Source: Candidatus Cybelea sp. (GTDB taxonomy: Bacteria; Vulcanimicrobiota; Vulcanimicrobiia; Vulcanimicrobiales; Vulcanimicrobiaceae). From it: a DNA stretch of 64,000 bases. Under the pieces are notes generated by a model, which saw only the letters and a program-made list of their open reading frames with translations, ran no database searches and was not told the origin of the DNA. Below are positions 19,202 through 28,722 of the stretch, in pieces (position 1 is the first letter of the stretch; each line of letters begins with the position of its first letter). The position numbers were made by a program, and so were the translations under genes. The DNA lies in assembly GCA_036726365.1 (NCBI GenBank), contig DAIMCN010000012.1, positions 3,730 to 67,729 of the forward strand. Direction: 5' to 3'.

Positions 19202-20466
19202 TCTCCGTCCACCGATTCCACGCGGGCTCCGAACGTCCCGCGAGTAACTCGCGCCGTCACCACGTCTCCGGGCGCGAGCAGAGCGGCATCCCGCACTACT
19301 ACGCCATCTTTAGTCACGATTGCATATCCGCGCGCAAGCGGTCGTGTCGGGTCTTCGCCCTCGAGAGCCGCACGGGCGAGTTCGAGCCGGCGTGCGTAAC
19401 GATCTACACCTCGCAATGCCCATCCGGAGAGCCTGGTATTCGCCCGAACCAAACCGATTTGCCATTGCGCTACGCGTGCGGCGGGGCTGAGTCGTTCCAA
19501 CCGGCGCTCGAGGAGGCGAGTGCGTTCGATGCATCGCGCGACAAAGTTCCCCACCGCTTGGTTGAGCTCAACTTCGGCGAAACGCATGGTCTGGCTCTTG
19601 CCGGCCATTACCGAGCGATACCCGCGCCGCAGCGACGCGCTCAGGTCGCGGATCCGCTCGAACGCGCGTCGCCATTCTTGTGACAGTTGCACGGCGGCAG
19701 CCGTCGGCGTCGCCAACGCAAGATCAGCGACTTCGTCCGCTAGGTGCCGATCCTTGAGATGGCCGACCGCGGTGATAATCGGATGGCGCGCGCGCAGAAT
19801 GGCCCTAACGACTGCCTCGCGATTGAACGTCAAGCGATCGTCGCTGGACCCGCCTCCCCGCGTAAGGACGACTACGTCCACGTTGGCGCGTGACGCTCGA
19901 TCGATCGCTTCAGCGATCTCGATCTCCGCACCCTTGCCTTGTACGCGCGACGCAAAGAAAATGATCTCAACGTGCGGCGCATCGGTGCGCATCCGTCCTT
20001 CAAAATCGGCACGAGCGTCGTCGTTGCTCGTGATCAGCGCCACGCGCCGCGGGAAGGCCGGAATCTCGCGCTTCCTCGACGTATCGAAGGCTCCTTCGGC
20101 GCGCAACCGCATGCGCAGCTCCTCGATCTCCGCGGCGAGCTTCCCTTCACCCACGAGAGACAGCGCAATCGCGCGCAGCTGATAGACCGCGCGGGTGGGC
20201 CGAAGCTCGATGCTGCCTTCCGCACGAACCATAAGTCCTTCGCGAATCCGCGGAAAATGCCGCGCTTCACTGGCAAACGAGAAGCAGCCCAATATCGCTT
20301 CCCCTTCTTTCAGGGTCAGGTTGAGATTGCCGTCTTTCCAGCGTTTAATATCGGTGATTTCTCCGACGATCGCAACGCGCTGCAATTGGGTATGGCGCGC
20401 CACCCAGCCCGCGAATCGGCGTGAAAACTCGGCGACCGAAAGCTCGAGCACGCCCTCGTTATTCAT
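19198..20466 (-). CDS. xseA: Exodeoxyribonuclease VII large subunit
   Basis: The internal ATG at 20466 (MNNEGVLELSVAEF...) forms an ATGA overlap with the PBP1A stop. An OB-fold N-terminus and catalytic core are recognisable. The 77-aa Arg-rich N-terminal extension in the track looks spurious. Confidence 0.9.
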   Translation of the reverse strand: MNNEGVLELSVAEFSRRFAGWVARHTQLQRVAIVGEITDIKRWKDGNLNLTLKEGEAILGCFSFASEARHFPRIREGLMVRAEGSIELRPTRAVYQLRAIALSLVGEGKLAAEIEELRMRLRAEGAFDTSRKREIPAFPRRVALITSNDDARADFEGRMRTDAPHVEIIFFASRVQGKGAEIEIAEAIDRASRANVDVVVLTRGGGSSDDRLTFNREAVVRAILRARHPIITAVGHLKDRHLADEVADLALATPTAAAVQLSQEWRRAFERIRDLSASLRRGYRSVMAGKSQTMRFAEVELNQAVGNFVARCIERTRLLERRLERLSPAARVAQWQIGLVRANTRLSGWALRGVDRYARRLELARAALEGEDPTRPLARGYAIVTKDGVVVRDAALLAPGDVVTARVTRGTFGARVESVDGE

Positions 20467-22589
20467 CGCCGAATGTGGGGCGCGGGTGTAGGCGATACCG
20501 ATTCCAAGGGCGATGGAACGAGCGTCGGCGGAGCTGCCGGGGGCGTGGCGTCGGGAGGAGGCAGCGTCGGTTGAGGCAAGGCCGCGGCCGCACGCGCAGC
20601 CGCGTCGCTGGCCGCGTTGTTGGCCTGGTACTCGTCGATAGCGCCGCCGCACGACGATTCCGTGCCTTTCAAATAGTACTCCGTGCCGCGACCGCAACCA
20701 CCTACTTTCGAAACCTCATCGGAGGGGAACGGAAACTCGTGCGGCGGCGTGCCGGCGAGAGCGGCTTTCATGAATCGCGCCCAAATGCGCGCCGGAATGT
20801 TGCCACCATACGATTCGACCATCGGCTCGTAGTCGTCGTTGCCAAGCCATACGGCGGTAACCAGATCCGGCGTATAGCCGACGAACCATGCGTCGCGAAA
20901 GTCCGACGTGGTTCCGGTCTTTCCGGCTGCCGGACGACCAATGATCGCGTTTGGATAACCGGTGCCGCGCGCAATCACGTCCTCGAAAATGGAGGTCATG
21001 ATATAGGCCGTGCCCGCGCTCACGACATCGTTGGCTTGCGGAAAGCGATTGTCCAAAACGGGGCTCCCCAGCGAATCCCGAACCAAACGAAACGGGGTCG
21101 GATCGACGTGCAGACCCTGATTTGCCAGCGTCGAATAGCCGCTGGCTTGATCCAGTACAGTGACGACCGACGAACCAAGCGCGACCGAGAGATTTGCTTC
21201 CAACGGAGTCGTCACGCCCATTCGATGGGCGTAGTCGATGACGCGATCCAAGCCGACACGATCGGCGACCTTCACCGCGACGACGTTGCGCGACATAACG
21301 AGCGCTTCGCGCAGCGTTATCGCGCCCATGTAGCTGTGGTCGTCGTCCATCGGTGACCATTGCGTTCCGTCGCCCATGGGGTAACTCACGGGCGAATCGT
21401 CGATCACGGTTGAGGCGGGCATGCCCGAATCGATTGCGGCGCTGTAGTCATAGATCTTGAACGACGAGCCGGGCTGCCGGCGCGCTTGCCACGCGCGGTT
21501 GAATTGATTGTGCAGCGAGAAGCCCGCGCCGCCCACCATCGCCAGGATCTCGCCCGTCGACGGGCGCAACGCGACTAGCGCCGCCTCGTGCGCCCCGATG
21601 CCTTCTGCGATCGCCTGATGGACGCCCCACGTGACGGCCTCCTGAGCGATCTCTTGCATCCGCTTGTCGACCGTCGTGTACACTTGCAAACCGCCTTCTT
21701 CGACGGCGCTCTTGCCGAAGAGCCGTTGCAACTGGGCGATAGCGTAGGTCGTGAAATACGGATAGCGATAGCCTTGCAAACCCGGCGCTTGTTGCGCGGT
21801 GAGGCCGAGCGGTCCATCGTACGCGGCGTTAGCTTGGTCTGTGGTGACGTACCCACTCTCAACCATGCGATCCAAAACGTGACGCTCGCGGTCGCGCGCC
21901 AGCGCAAGACTTGAAAACGGGGAGTACACGGAAGGCGCCGCGACCACGCCCGCCAGCATCGCGGCCTGAGCGAGCGTCAGGCCTTCGACGCCTCGGCCGA
22001 AATAGGCGTGAGCCGCCGCGTCGACGCCATACGCACCGGCGCCGAGGTAAATAATGTTGAGATAGCGCTCGAGGATCTCGTCTTTGGTGTAATAACGCTC
22101 GATCTCGATCGCCAGCAATGCTTCCTGGATTTTTCGCGCAATCGAAACTTGATCGGTTAGAAAGAGCCGCCGCGCGAGCTGCTGCGTAATGGTTGACGCG
22201 CCTTGCAGCTGCTGATGCGTGAGGTCGGCGTATGTCGCCCGTGCGATGCCGCTGAAATCAACGCCGTGATGGTAATAGAAATTATGGTCTTCGTTGGCGA
22301 TGAACGCCTCGCGCACGAGCCCGGGAATGCGGACTATCGGAACCCAAACCCGATTCTCCTTGTACACCGCTGCTAGCTGCGTGCCGTCGCGCGCGAAGAT
22401 GCGCGTGGTGCTCGCCGGCTGATAATCCGCCATGCGGCTGATGTCGGGAAGGTTTCGGGCGTACGCGGCGACCATGCCGGCAACGGTGCCCGTTGCGAAG
22501 AGCACGACCATCAGCACCGCCACGACGATGCCTCCCAACATGTGGTTGCGCCGGCGTCGGGTTCTAGGTCTTGGCATTTGCCACGGCAC
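20463..22589 (-). CDS. Class A penicillin-binding protein (PBP1A-type transglycosylase/transpeptidase)
   Basis: GT51 motif EDHNFYYHHGVDF, transpeptidase SxxK (GSSFKIY), an N-terminal TM and a Pro-rich tail. An alternative start at 22541 (MLGGIVV) would remove the overlap with nusB. Confidence 0.9.
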   Translation of the reverse strand: MPWQMPRPRTRRRRNHMLGGIVVAVLMVVLFATGTVAGMVAAYARNLPDISRMADYQPASTTRIFARDGTQLAAVYKENRVWVPIVRIPGLVREAFIANEDHNFYYHHGVDFSGIARATYADLTHQQLQGASTITQQLARRLFLTDQVSIARKIQEALLAIEIERYYTKDEILERYLNIIYLGAGAYGVDAAAHAYFGRGVEGLTLAQAAMLAGVVAAPSVYSPFSSLALARDRERHVLDRMVESGYVTTDQANAAYDGPLGLTAQQAPGLQGYRYPYFTTYAIAQLQRLFGKSAVEEGGLQVYTTVDKRMQEIAQEAVTWGVHQAIAEGIGAHEAALVALRPSTGEILAMVGGAGFSLHNQFNRAWQARRQPGSSFKIYDYSAAIDSGMPASTVIDDSPVSYPMGDGTQWSPMDDDHSYMGAITLREALVMSRNVVAVKVADRVGLDRVIDYAHRMGVTTPLEANLSVALGSSVVTVLDQASGYSTLANQGLHVDPTPFRLVRDSLGSPVLDNRFPQANDVVSAGTAYIMTSIFEDVIARGTGYPNAIIGRPAAGKTGTTSDFRDAWFVGYTPDLVTAVWLGNDDYEPMVESYGGNIPARIWARFMKAALAGTPPHEFPFPSDEVSKVGGCGRGTEYYLKGTESSCGGAIDEYQANNAASDAAARAAAALPQPTLPPPDATPPAAPPTLVPSPLESVSPTPAPHIRR

Positions 22590-22965
22590 TCAAGACTCCG
22601 TTGACGAATCGTCCGGAATCCTCGGTAGAGAAGCGCTTCGCAAGCGCGACCGCCTCATTGATCGCCACCGCCGTCGGCGTTTCCGGCCGGCAGTGCAGTT
22701 CGAACGTCGCCATTTCGAGGACCAATCGGTCGATCGTAGGTAGGCGCTCAATCGCCCAGCCTTCTAAGAGAGGACTTACGATGCGATCGGCTTTTTCGGC
22801 GTATTCGAGCGTTCCCAACGCAAGGTCCTCGACGAACGCGCGCTGCCGGACGTCCGCGTCTTCCCCCACCACGTCGCTGAGCGCATCGCTGGGCGCACGA
22901 TCGCCGATGACGACCGAATACAGTACCTGCAAGGCCTGCTCGCGAGCAAGCCGCCGCGCGTTCAC
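22564..22965 (-). CDS. nusB: Transcription antitermination factor NusB
   Basis: The GTG at 22965 forms a GTGA overlap with the accC stop. The sequence ARRLAREQALQVLY... is typical of NusB. Confidence 0.85.
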   Translation of the reverse strand: MNARRLAREQALQVLYSVVIGDRAPSDALSDVVGEDADVRQRAFVEDLALGTLEYAEKADRIVSPLLEGWAIERLPTIDRLVLEMATFELHCRPETPTAVAINEAVALAKRFSTEDSGRFVNGVLSAVANAKT

Positions 22966-24305
22966 CGGGGTAAGGGTTCCTTGAGAAGGAGCTCGATGTC
23001 GTACCGGCCGTCGCGAAATTCCCGGCACGAAAGAACCTGTAGGCACAGCGCGATCGTCGTATTCACGCCCTCGATTAGCGTTTCACGCAGCGCCCGTTCC
23101 ATGCGCGCAATCGCGACCTCGCGAGTGTCGCCAAAGGCAACGATTTTGGCGATCATGGAATCGTAGTAGGGTGGGATGGTTGCGCCCGTATAGAGATGAG
23201 TATCGACGCGTATGCCCGGACCGCCGGGGAAGACCAGCTTCGAAACCGTGCCGGCCGCCGGCGCAAAGTTGTTCTCCGGATCTTCGGCGTTGATGCGGCA
23301 TTCAATTGCGTGTCCGCGTGCTACCAGATCGTTTTGCCCGTACCCCAGCGGCTCGCCCGCTGCGATGCGGATCTGTTCCTTGACCAGATCGATGTTATAC
23401 ACCATCTCGGTGACGGGATGCTCGACCTGAATCCGCGTGTTCATCTCCATAAAATAGACGTCATCGCCGATCGCGAGAAACTCGAGAGTGCCTGCATTGG
23501 TATAGCCGACGTACCGAGAGGCGCGTAATGCCATCTCGTGCAGCTTGGTGCGCATGTGAGAGGCGAGATTAGGCGCGGGCGTCTCTTCGATGATCTTCTG
23601 ATGGGACGGCTTCTGCACGGAGCAATCACGCTCGCCGAGATGAACGAGATTTCCGAATTCGTCGCCCAACACTTGCACTTCGATGTGGCGCGGGGCAAGC
23701 ATCAATTTTTCGATGTAGACCCGGCCATCCTTAAAGCTGGCCTCCGCCTCGGCGGTTGCACCGGCGTAGGCCCGCGGCAAATCACCGGCATCGTGAACCA
23801 CCCGCATGCCTCTGCCGCCGCCGCCGGCGGTCGCCTTCAGCAGCACGGGATAACCGATGGCAGCCGCAGCCTTTTGTGCCTCCTCGACCGAGGCGAGCAC
23901 GTCACTTCCGGGTGTTGTCGCAACGCCCGCCTCGTGCACGAGACGCTTGGCCGTCGCCTTGTCGCCCATCAGCGCGATGACGCCTGGCTTGGGACCGATG
24001 AACGTCAAACCGTGATCGTTACAGATTTCTGCAAAGCGCGCATTCTCCGCGAGAAATCCGTACCCGGGGTGAATCGCATCGCAACGTGTGATCATGGCGG
24101 TCGAGATAATGTTCGGAATGTTCAGATAGGATCGTCCGGCTGGTCCGGGTCCTACGCAGAACGCTTCGTCGGCTTGCCGAACGTGCATCGAATCGCGGTC
24201 GGCCTCGGAAAAGATCGCCACCGTAGCAACGCCCAGCTCCTGGCAAGCCCGATTGATGCGCAGCGCGATCTCGCCGCGATTGGCGATCAAGACCTTTCGA
24301 AACAT
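22962..24305 (-). CDS. accC: Biotin carboxylase subunit of acetyl-CoA carboxylase
   Basis: N-terminus MFRKVLIANRGEIALRI, an ATP-grasp core, and 447 aa. Confidence 0.95.
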   Translation of the reverse strand: MFRKVLIANRGEIALRINRACQELGVATVAIFSEADRDSMHVRQADEAFCVGPGPAGRSYLNIPNIISTAMITRCDAIHPGYGFLAENARFAEICNDHGLTFIGPKPGVIALMGDKATAKRLVHEAGVATTPGSDVLASVEEAQKAAAAIGYPVLLKATAGGGGRGMRVVHDAGDLPRAYAGATAEAEASFKDGRVYIEKLMLAPRHIEVQVLGDEFGNLVHLGERDCSVQKPSHQKIIEETPAPNLASHMRTKLHEMALRASRYVGYTNAGTLEFLAIGDDVYFMEMNTRIQVEHPVTEMVYNIDLVKEQIRIAAGEPLGYGQNDLVARGHAIECRINAEDPENNFAPAAGTVSKLVFPGGPGIRVDTHLYTGATIPPYYDSMIAKIVAFGDTREVAIARMERALRETLIEGVNTTIALCLQVLSCREFRDGRYDIELLLKEPLPR

Positions 24306-24315
24306 CGGCCGGTGT

Positions 24316-25239
24316 CTATTGTCCTCGTGCTACCAAAAAAAGCGGCTGACCGTATTCGACCGGCGTTCCATCGCCGGTCACGATCGATAGGAGACGGCCA
24401 GCACCCATGCCATGAACCGGAGTCCGGATGCCGAGCGCTTCAATGTAACCGAGTTCCCGATCGACGTCAACGGCATCGCCTTCCGCCGGCGCGGGGCGGC
24501 TCAGGCGAAAGATCCCTACGAGATCGGCTTTGATCGTATCGATTTTTTGTGGAGATGCTTCCACCGTTAACCAATCCGATCCAGCGCCAGTTGCTTCGGA
24601 GCGCCGCGAGCGCCGGGTGACCTCGATTACGTCGTCTGGACGCTCGATTCGGACGCGAACGGCATCACCTTCGGCAAGAAAACGCGCAAGCGCGTGCACG
24701 CGCGCTTCCGCGGCTTGGAATCGCCCTTCGGACATGGCTGGAACGCTTTCGCGTGGCGAACCTGCCGACCTGGCGTCGTCGTAATATACGACACCGGCGA
24801 GGTCGTTGGGCGCCAAGGCCTCACGCATTGCCGCAAAGCGAGGCTCGATCTCCGCGAGTGGAACGAGAACGAAAGCGCGCTCGGTGAGATGTGGATGCGG
24901 TACGCGAAGCCCTGGTTCGTCGATCTCGAGGTCATCGTAGATCAGCAGGTCGAGATCGATCGTTCGGGGACCCCAGTGCTCGGTGGGCGACCGCCCCAGT
25001 CTCTTTTCCAGTTCTTTTAAGGCGTCGAGCAACTCGACTGCCGATAGCGTCGTCTCGATCAGTGCGACCGCATTAGCAAACCAGGGCTGATCGACTCTAC
25101 CCCACGGTTTCGTACGATAGATCGAAGATTGCGCGACGACGGTTCCCACGTCGCTGAGGGATCTAAGCGCGCGTTTAACGGTTCCGGCGCGATCGCCGAG
25201 GTTTGCGCCGACGCCCACATAGGCTCGGTGTGCCGTCAC
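24316..25239 (-). CDS. folK: Fusion: HPPK (FolK) + BCCP-like (AccB-like) protein lacking the biotinyl-lysine
   Basis: The N-terminal ~135 aa are HPPK (YVGVGANLGDR, RTIDLDLL, PHPHLTERAFVLVPL). The C-terminal ~140 aa resemble AccB: an N-terminal helix region, a linker, then VGIFRLSRPAP...LGYIEALGIRTPV...GTPVEYGQPLFLV. The canonical EAMKxM is EALGIR here. GTGA overlap with the folB stop. Confidence 0.8.
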   Translation of the reverse strand: MTAHRAYVGVGANLGDRAGTVKRALRSLSDVGTVVAQSSIYRTKPWGRVDQPWFANAVALIETTLSAVELLDALKELEKRLGRSPTEHWGPRTIDLDLLIYDDLEIDEPGLRVPHPHLTERAFVLVPLAEIEPRFAAMREALAPNDLAGVVYYDDARSAGSPRESVPAMSEGRFQAAEARVHALARFLAEGDAVRVRIERPDDVIEVTRRSRRSEATGAGSDWLTVEASPQKIDTIKADLVGIFRLSRPAPAEGDAVDVDRELGYIEALGIRTPVHGMGAGRLLSIVTGDGTPVEYGQPLFLVARGQ

Positions 25240-25604
25240 GAGCTTCGAAAGTTCGGATTAACACGCTCAAGCGTCACCGAGGGCGTCGCGCCGCCATCAA
25301 GGATCCCCGGCTTTGAAATCGTCACCTCGGCATGCGCGATACGCGGATCCTCGAAGATCGCCGCGAGCAAGTCGGCTGCAAGACGCTCAATCAACGCGTA
25401 CGAGGTCGTAGCGACAGTCTGCGTCAGACGCGCATGCAATGCGGCATAATCCACGGTGTCGGAAAGATCGTCGCTCGATTGCGCATTGCGTAGATCGATC
25501 TGCGCCACAACCTCGATATCGAACGGCTGGAGGTGCTCGCGCTCCGTCGCCTCGGCCCCGTGACGGCCCTGGACACGGATGCCCCGCAGGGTTATCCGAT
25601 CCAT
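25236..25604 (-). CDS. folB: Dihydroneopterin aldolase
   Basis: The internal ATG at 25604 gives MDRITLRGIRVQGRHGAEATERE..., typical of FolB. The upstream 113 aa of the track ORF are Arg-rich and overlap folP. Confidence 0.85.
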   Translation of the reverse strand: MDRITLRGIRVQGRHGAEATEREHLQPFDIEVVAQIDLRNAQSSDDLSDTVDYAALHARLTQTVATTSYALIERLAADLLAAIFEDPRIAHAEVTISKPGILDGGATPSVTLERVNPNFRSS

Positions 25605-26443
25605 CCCGCCGGCCTCCAGTCGCGCACGATCGCGTCCGCAACGGCGACGGCATCGCGCGCGGCGGCAACGTCGTGCACCCGCACCATGTCGATGCCTGCG
25701 CTCACCGCGAGCGCCGTAGTCGCGACGCTCCCGTGGACACGCTCCATCGGCTCGCGCCCCGTCAGCTTGCCGATCGTAGATTTGCGTGACGTTCCGACCA
25801 TCGTCGGAAAACCCAGCGCCACGAGGCGAGGCAACGCTCGAAGCACGGCTAGGTTCTGATCCGCTGTCTTCCCGAACCCAATGCCCGGATCCAACACGAT
25901 TCGTTCCGGCGTTATTCCTCGCGCCGTTGCGCGGATCGCGCAATCCTCGAGGTAGCGTAGTACCTCATCCACGACGCAGCCTTCGTACGCCGTGCCGATT
26001 TGATTGTGCATCGCGACGATCGGCATGCGCAGCTCCGCCACGACGTCCAAGAGTTCGTCGGATGCGCCCCAGACCGAGTTGACGATCTCGGCGCCGGCGG
26101 CTCGAGCCGCTCGCGCGACCACCGGTTTGTAGGTGTCGATTGAAATCGGCGCTTTCGCTAGGCGCTCGCTCAACGCTTCGATGACCGGCACGACACGCGC
26201 AATTTCCGCAGCATCGTCGATCCTGTGATGCCCGGGCCGCGTCGATTCGCCGCCCACGTCCAGGATGTCGGCGCCAGCGTTCCACTGCGCGACCGCGTGA
26301 GCCGTTGCCGCTCGTGTGTCTACCAAGCCGTCGCCTGAGAACGAGTCGGGGGTTACGTTGAGGATGCCCATGATATACGTCCGACCGCCCCATCGAATTT
26401 CCCCCGCTCGCAGTTTTAGGAGACCGCGGTCGGCACGTACCAT
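25592..26443 (-). CDS. folP: Dihydropteroate synthase
   Basis: IMGILNVTPDSFSGDG motif and a pterin-binding domain. Confidence 0.9.
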   Translation of the reverse strand: MVRADRGLLKLRAGEIRWGGRTYIMGILNVTPDSFSGDGLVDTRAATAHAVAQWNAGADILDVGGESTRPGHHRIDDAAEIARVVPVIEALSERLAKAPISIDTYKPVVARAARAAGAEIVNSVWGASDELLDVVAELRMPIVAMHNQIGTAYEGCVVDEVLRYLEDCAIRATARGITPERIVLDPGIGFGKTADQNLAVLRALPRLVALGFPTMVGTSRKSTIGKLTGREPMERVHGSVATTALAVSAGIDMVRVHDVAAARDAVAVADAIVRDWRPAGWIG

Positions 26444-27741
26444 TCGCGTAGTCCTGCGACGATGAACGTCGAGCCGGTAACCACTACGACATCGTTAATC
26501 GTGGCCATGCGACGCGCGACGGTGAGCGCTTCGACCGGTTCGCCGATCGCGCGCCCCCAGGTACCAAGCGACTCGGCGATGGTTGCTAGGCGATGCGGCG
26601 GAATCGCTTTGCGTCCCATTGCTGAAAACGTCGTGAACGTAAACGTGGATTGAATTCCGGCAAGAATCTCGAGGATTCGGCCGGCGTCTTTGTTCTCCCC
26701 GATTGCAACCACGTAGTGGATCCGCCGTCCAGGAAACCTCTCTCGAAGCGAAGCGACGAGTGATTCGGCTTTTTCGGCGTTGTGTGCGATGTCGAAAATG
26801 ACCGTGGGTTTTGTCCCGAGCGGTTCCATTCTTCCGGGAATCGAAAGCTCGCCGAAGGCTCGGACGACATCCCCCGGACTGGGGCGCAGTTGGTCGCCGA
26901 GTTGCTCGAGCACCACGATTGCGGTCGCGGCGTTCGTGCGCTGAAAAATGCCGAGCACGGGAAGCGTCAGCCGATACGACGCCCTCAACGTGGTAACGGC
27001 CAGTACCTGCGTTCGGGGGTCGTCATCGTCTTGATGCGCGATCTGCACCGCGTCTGCGACGTAGACGATCGGCGCGCCAACCTCGGCGGCGTATCGTTCG
27101 ACCACCGCTCGAGCCGCAGCGCTGACCGGCGCAAGCACGAGCGGCACGTTAGGCTTAGCGATGCCCGCTTTTTCGAAGGCGATTGCTTCGATGGTGCTGC
27201 CGAGCACGTCGGTATGATCGTAACCGATCGAAGTGATTGCCGTAACCACTGGCAGAACGACGTTCGTGCCGTCGAGGCGCCCGCCCAGCCCGACCTCGAT
27301 GACGGCAACATCCACGCGCTCCTCCGCGAAATACTTGAAAGCCAGCGCCAGAAGCGTTTCGTAATATGTTGGGCGACCGTACCGCGAAGCAGTTCGGGCG
27401 ATGGCGGGCATCATCTCGGCGAGCAACGACGCGAAACGCTCCTGGGCAACCGGCAGACCGCTAATTCGCGCGCGCTCGGTCATGGAGTGCAGGTGCGGCT
27501 TGGTATGCAGCCCGGTCCGCTTACCCGCAGCCTGCAATGCGTTCGCGATCATCGTAGACGTCGAGCCCTTACCGCTCGTTCCGCCTATGTGAACGGTGGG
27601 GTAGGCGCGGTGAGGATCGCCGAGCTCGCGCAGCAACGCGCGGATGCGGTCGAGTTTGTACGAAGTGCGCGGAGAGAGCATTTCGTCGATCGTTTCGAGC
27701 AGATAGGCTTGTGCCTGAGCGAAGCTAGAAATTTCCGTCAT
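26416..27741 (-). CDS. folC: Dihydrofolate synthase / folylpolyglutamate synthase
   Basis: Mur-ligase P-loop HIGGTSGKGST. The ATGA overlap with the mog stop is at 27738-27741. Confidence 0.9.
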   Translation of the reverse strand: MTEISSFAQAQAYLLETIDEMLSPRTSYKLDRIRALLRELGDPHRAYPTVHIGGTSGKGSTSTMIANALQAAGKRTGLHTKPHLHSMTERARISGLPVAQERFASLLAEMMPAIARTASRYGRPTYYETLLALAFKYFAEERVDVAVIEVGLGGRLDGTNVVLPVVTAITSIGYDHTDVLGSTIEAIAFEKAGIAKPNVPLVLAPVSAAARAVVERYAAEVGAPIVYVADAVQIAHQDDDDPRTQVLAVTTLRASYRLTLPVLGIFQRTNAATAIVVLEQLGDQLRPSPGDVVRAFGELSIPGRMEPLGTKPTVIFDIAHNAEKAESLVASLRERFPGRRIHYVVAIGENKDAGRILEILAGIQSTFTFTTFSAMGRKAIPPHRLATIAESLGTWGRAIGEPVEALTVARRMATINDVVVVTGSTFIVAGLREWYVPTAVS

Positions 27742-28235
27742 CCGTCCACCGGTAGGTCGGCTAACAGTTCGAGCGCGTGCGGCAACGCCGTTAGAATGAC
27801 GTCTAACGATTCTGCAACTGCCTTCGGGCTTCCGGGGAGGTTCACGATGAGGGTCCGATCGCGCACGCCCGCGAGCGCGCGCGAGAGCATCGCGCTCTTG
27901 GTGTGTATCAGCGAAGCGGCGCGAATCGCTTCGGCAATCCCGGGAACTTCGTAATCCAAAACGGCGGCCGTCGCCTGCGGCGTTCGGTCGCGCGGCGACA
28001 ACCCGGTGCCCCCGCTGGTCAGCACGAGATCGGCCGCTCGTGAATCCGCGATCTCGATCAGTTGAGCTTGCAGCGCACCGGGATCGTCGGGGAGTACGCT
28101 CTCGCGCACAACTTCGTATACGCCGCCGAGCCGCTCCCTCATGATCGGAATGCAGGCGTCGGCGCGCTCGCCCGAAGCCGCGCGGTCGGAGAGGACGATG
28201 AGCGCCGCCCTAAAGGTCATTTCTCCCTTTGTCAT
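27738..28235 (-). CDS. mog: MogA/MoaB-type molybdopterin adenylyltransferase domain protein
   Basis: MoCF_biosynth motif SGGTGLSPRDRTPQA. The start is taken at ATG 28235 (MTKGEM...), with alternatives at 28220 and 28283. Confidence 0.8.
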   Translation of the reverse strand: MTKGEMTFRAALIVLSDRAASGERADACIPIMRERLGGVYEVVRESVLPDDPGALQAQLIEIADSRAADLVLTSGGTGLSPRDRTPQATAAVLDYEVPGIAEAIRAASLIHTKSAMLSRALAGVRDRTLIVNLPGSPKAVAESLDVILTALPHALELLADLPVDG

Positions 28236-28722
28236 CCTCAGCGCGCCGCGCAGCGGCGCTGTCGAAGGACCCGCTCTTGCCACCGCTCTTTTTCAGCAAT
28301 CGCACCGACTCGATGGTGATTGCCCTGTCGAGCGCTTTGGCCATGTCGTAAATCGTCAATGCGGCGATTGAGGCGGCAACCATCGCTTCCAACTCGACGC
28401 CGGTGCGAGCTTCGGTACGCGCCTGCGCTTCAATCCGCAACGCGCCGTCCGCGCGCCAATCAAAGCGCACGTCCACCGACGTGAGCGGCAGCGAGTGCGC
28501 CAGCGGAATCAGCGTGGCGGTCCGCTTTGCGGCCATGATCCCGGCCACTTGCGCGGCAACCAGCGCGTCGCCCTTGGGCAAGCTCGAATCGCGAAGCGCG
28601 GCTTGTGCCTGAGCGTTCATGCGAACCACGGCTTCCGCCAGCGCGAGCCGGGCGGTAACTTCCTTGTTGGCGATATCCACCATCGCGATACTGCCATCGG
28701 CCGCGATGTGCGACGGCTTCAT
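28210..28722 (-). CDS. moaC: Cyclic pyranopterin monophosphate synthase
   Basis: MVDI..K..T.R.A motif region and the conserved KGDALVAAQVAGIMAAKRT...IPLAH. ATG 28722 forms an ATGA overlap with the stop of the upstream small ORF. Confidence 0.9.
   Translation of the reverse strand: MKPSHIAADGSIAMVDIANKEVTARLALAEAVVRMNAQAQAALRDSSLPKGDALVAAQVAGIMAAKRTATLIPLAHSLPLTSVDVRFDWRADGALRIEAQARTEARTGVELEAMVAASIAALTIYDMAKALDRAITIESVRLLKKSGGKSGSFDSAAARRAEDDKGRNDL

Noticed and set aside
25605-25943. N-terminal extensions of many track ORFs, including folB to 25943, xseA to 20697, rsmA from 39375, rho to 36365, recN to 17389, the MPP gene to 52495 and the second M16-like gene to 46238.
   Set aside because: The extensions are Arg-rich and overlap the upstream gene. 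Internal starts coincide with ATGA/GTGA coupling or with typical family N-termini.
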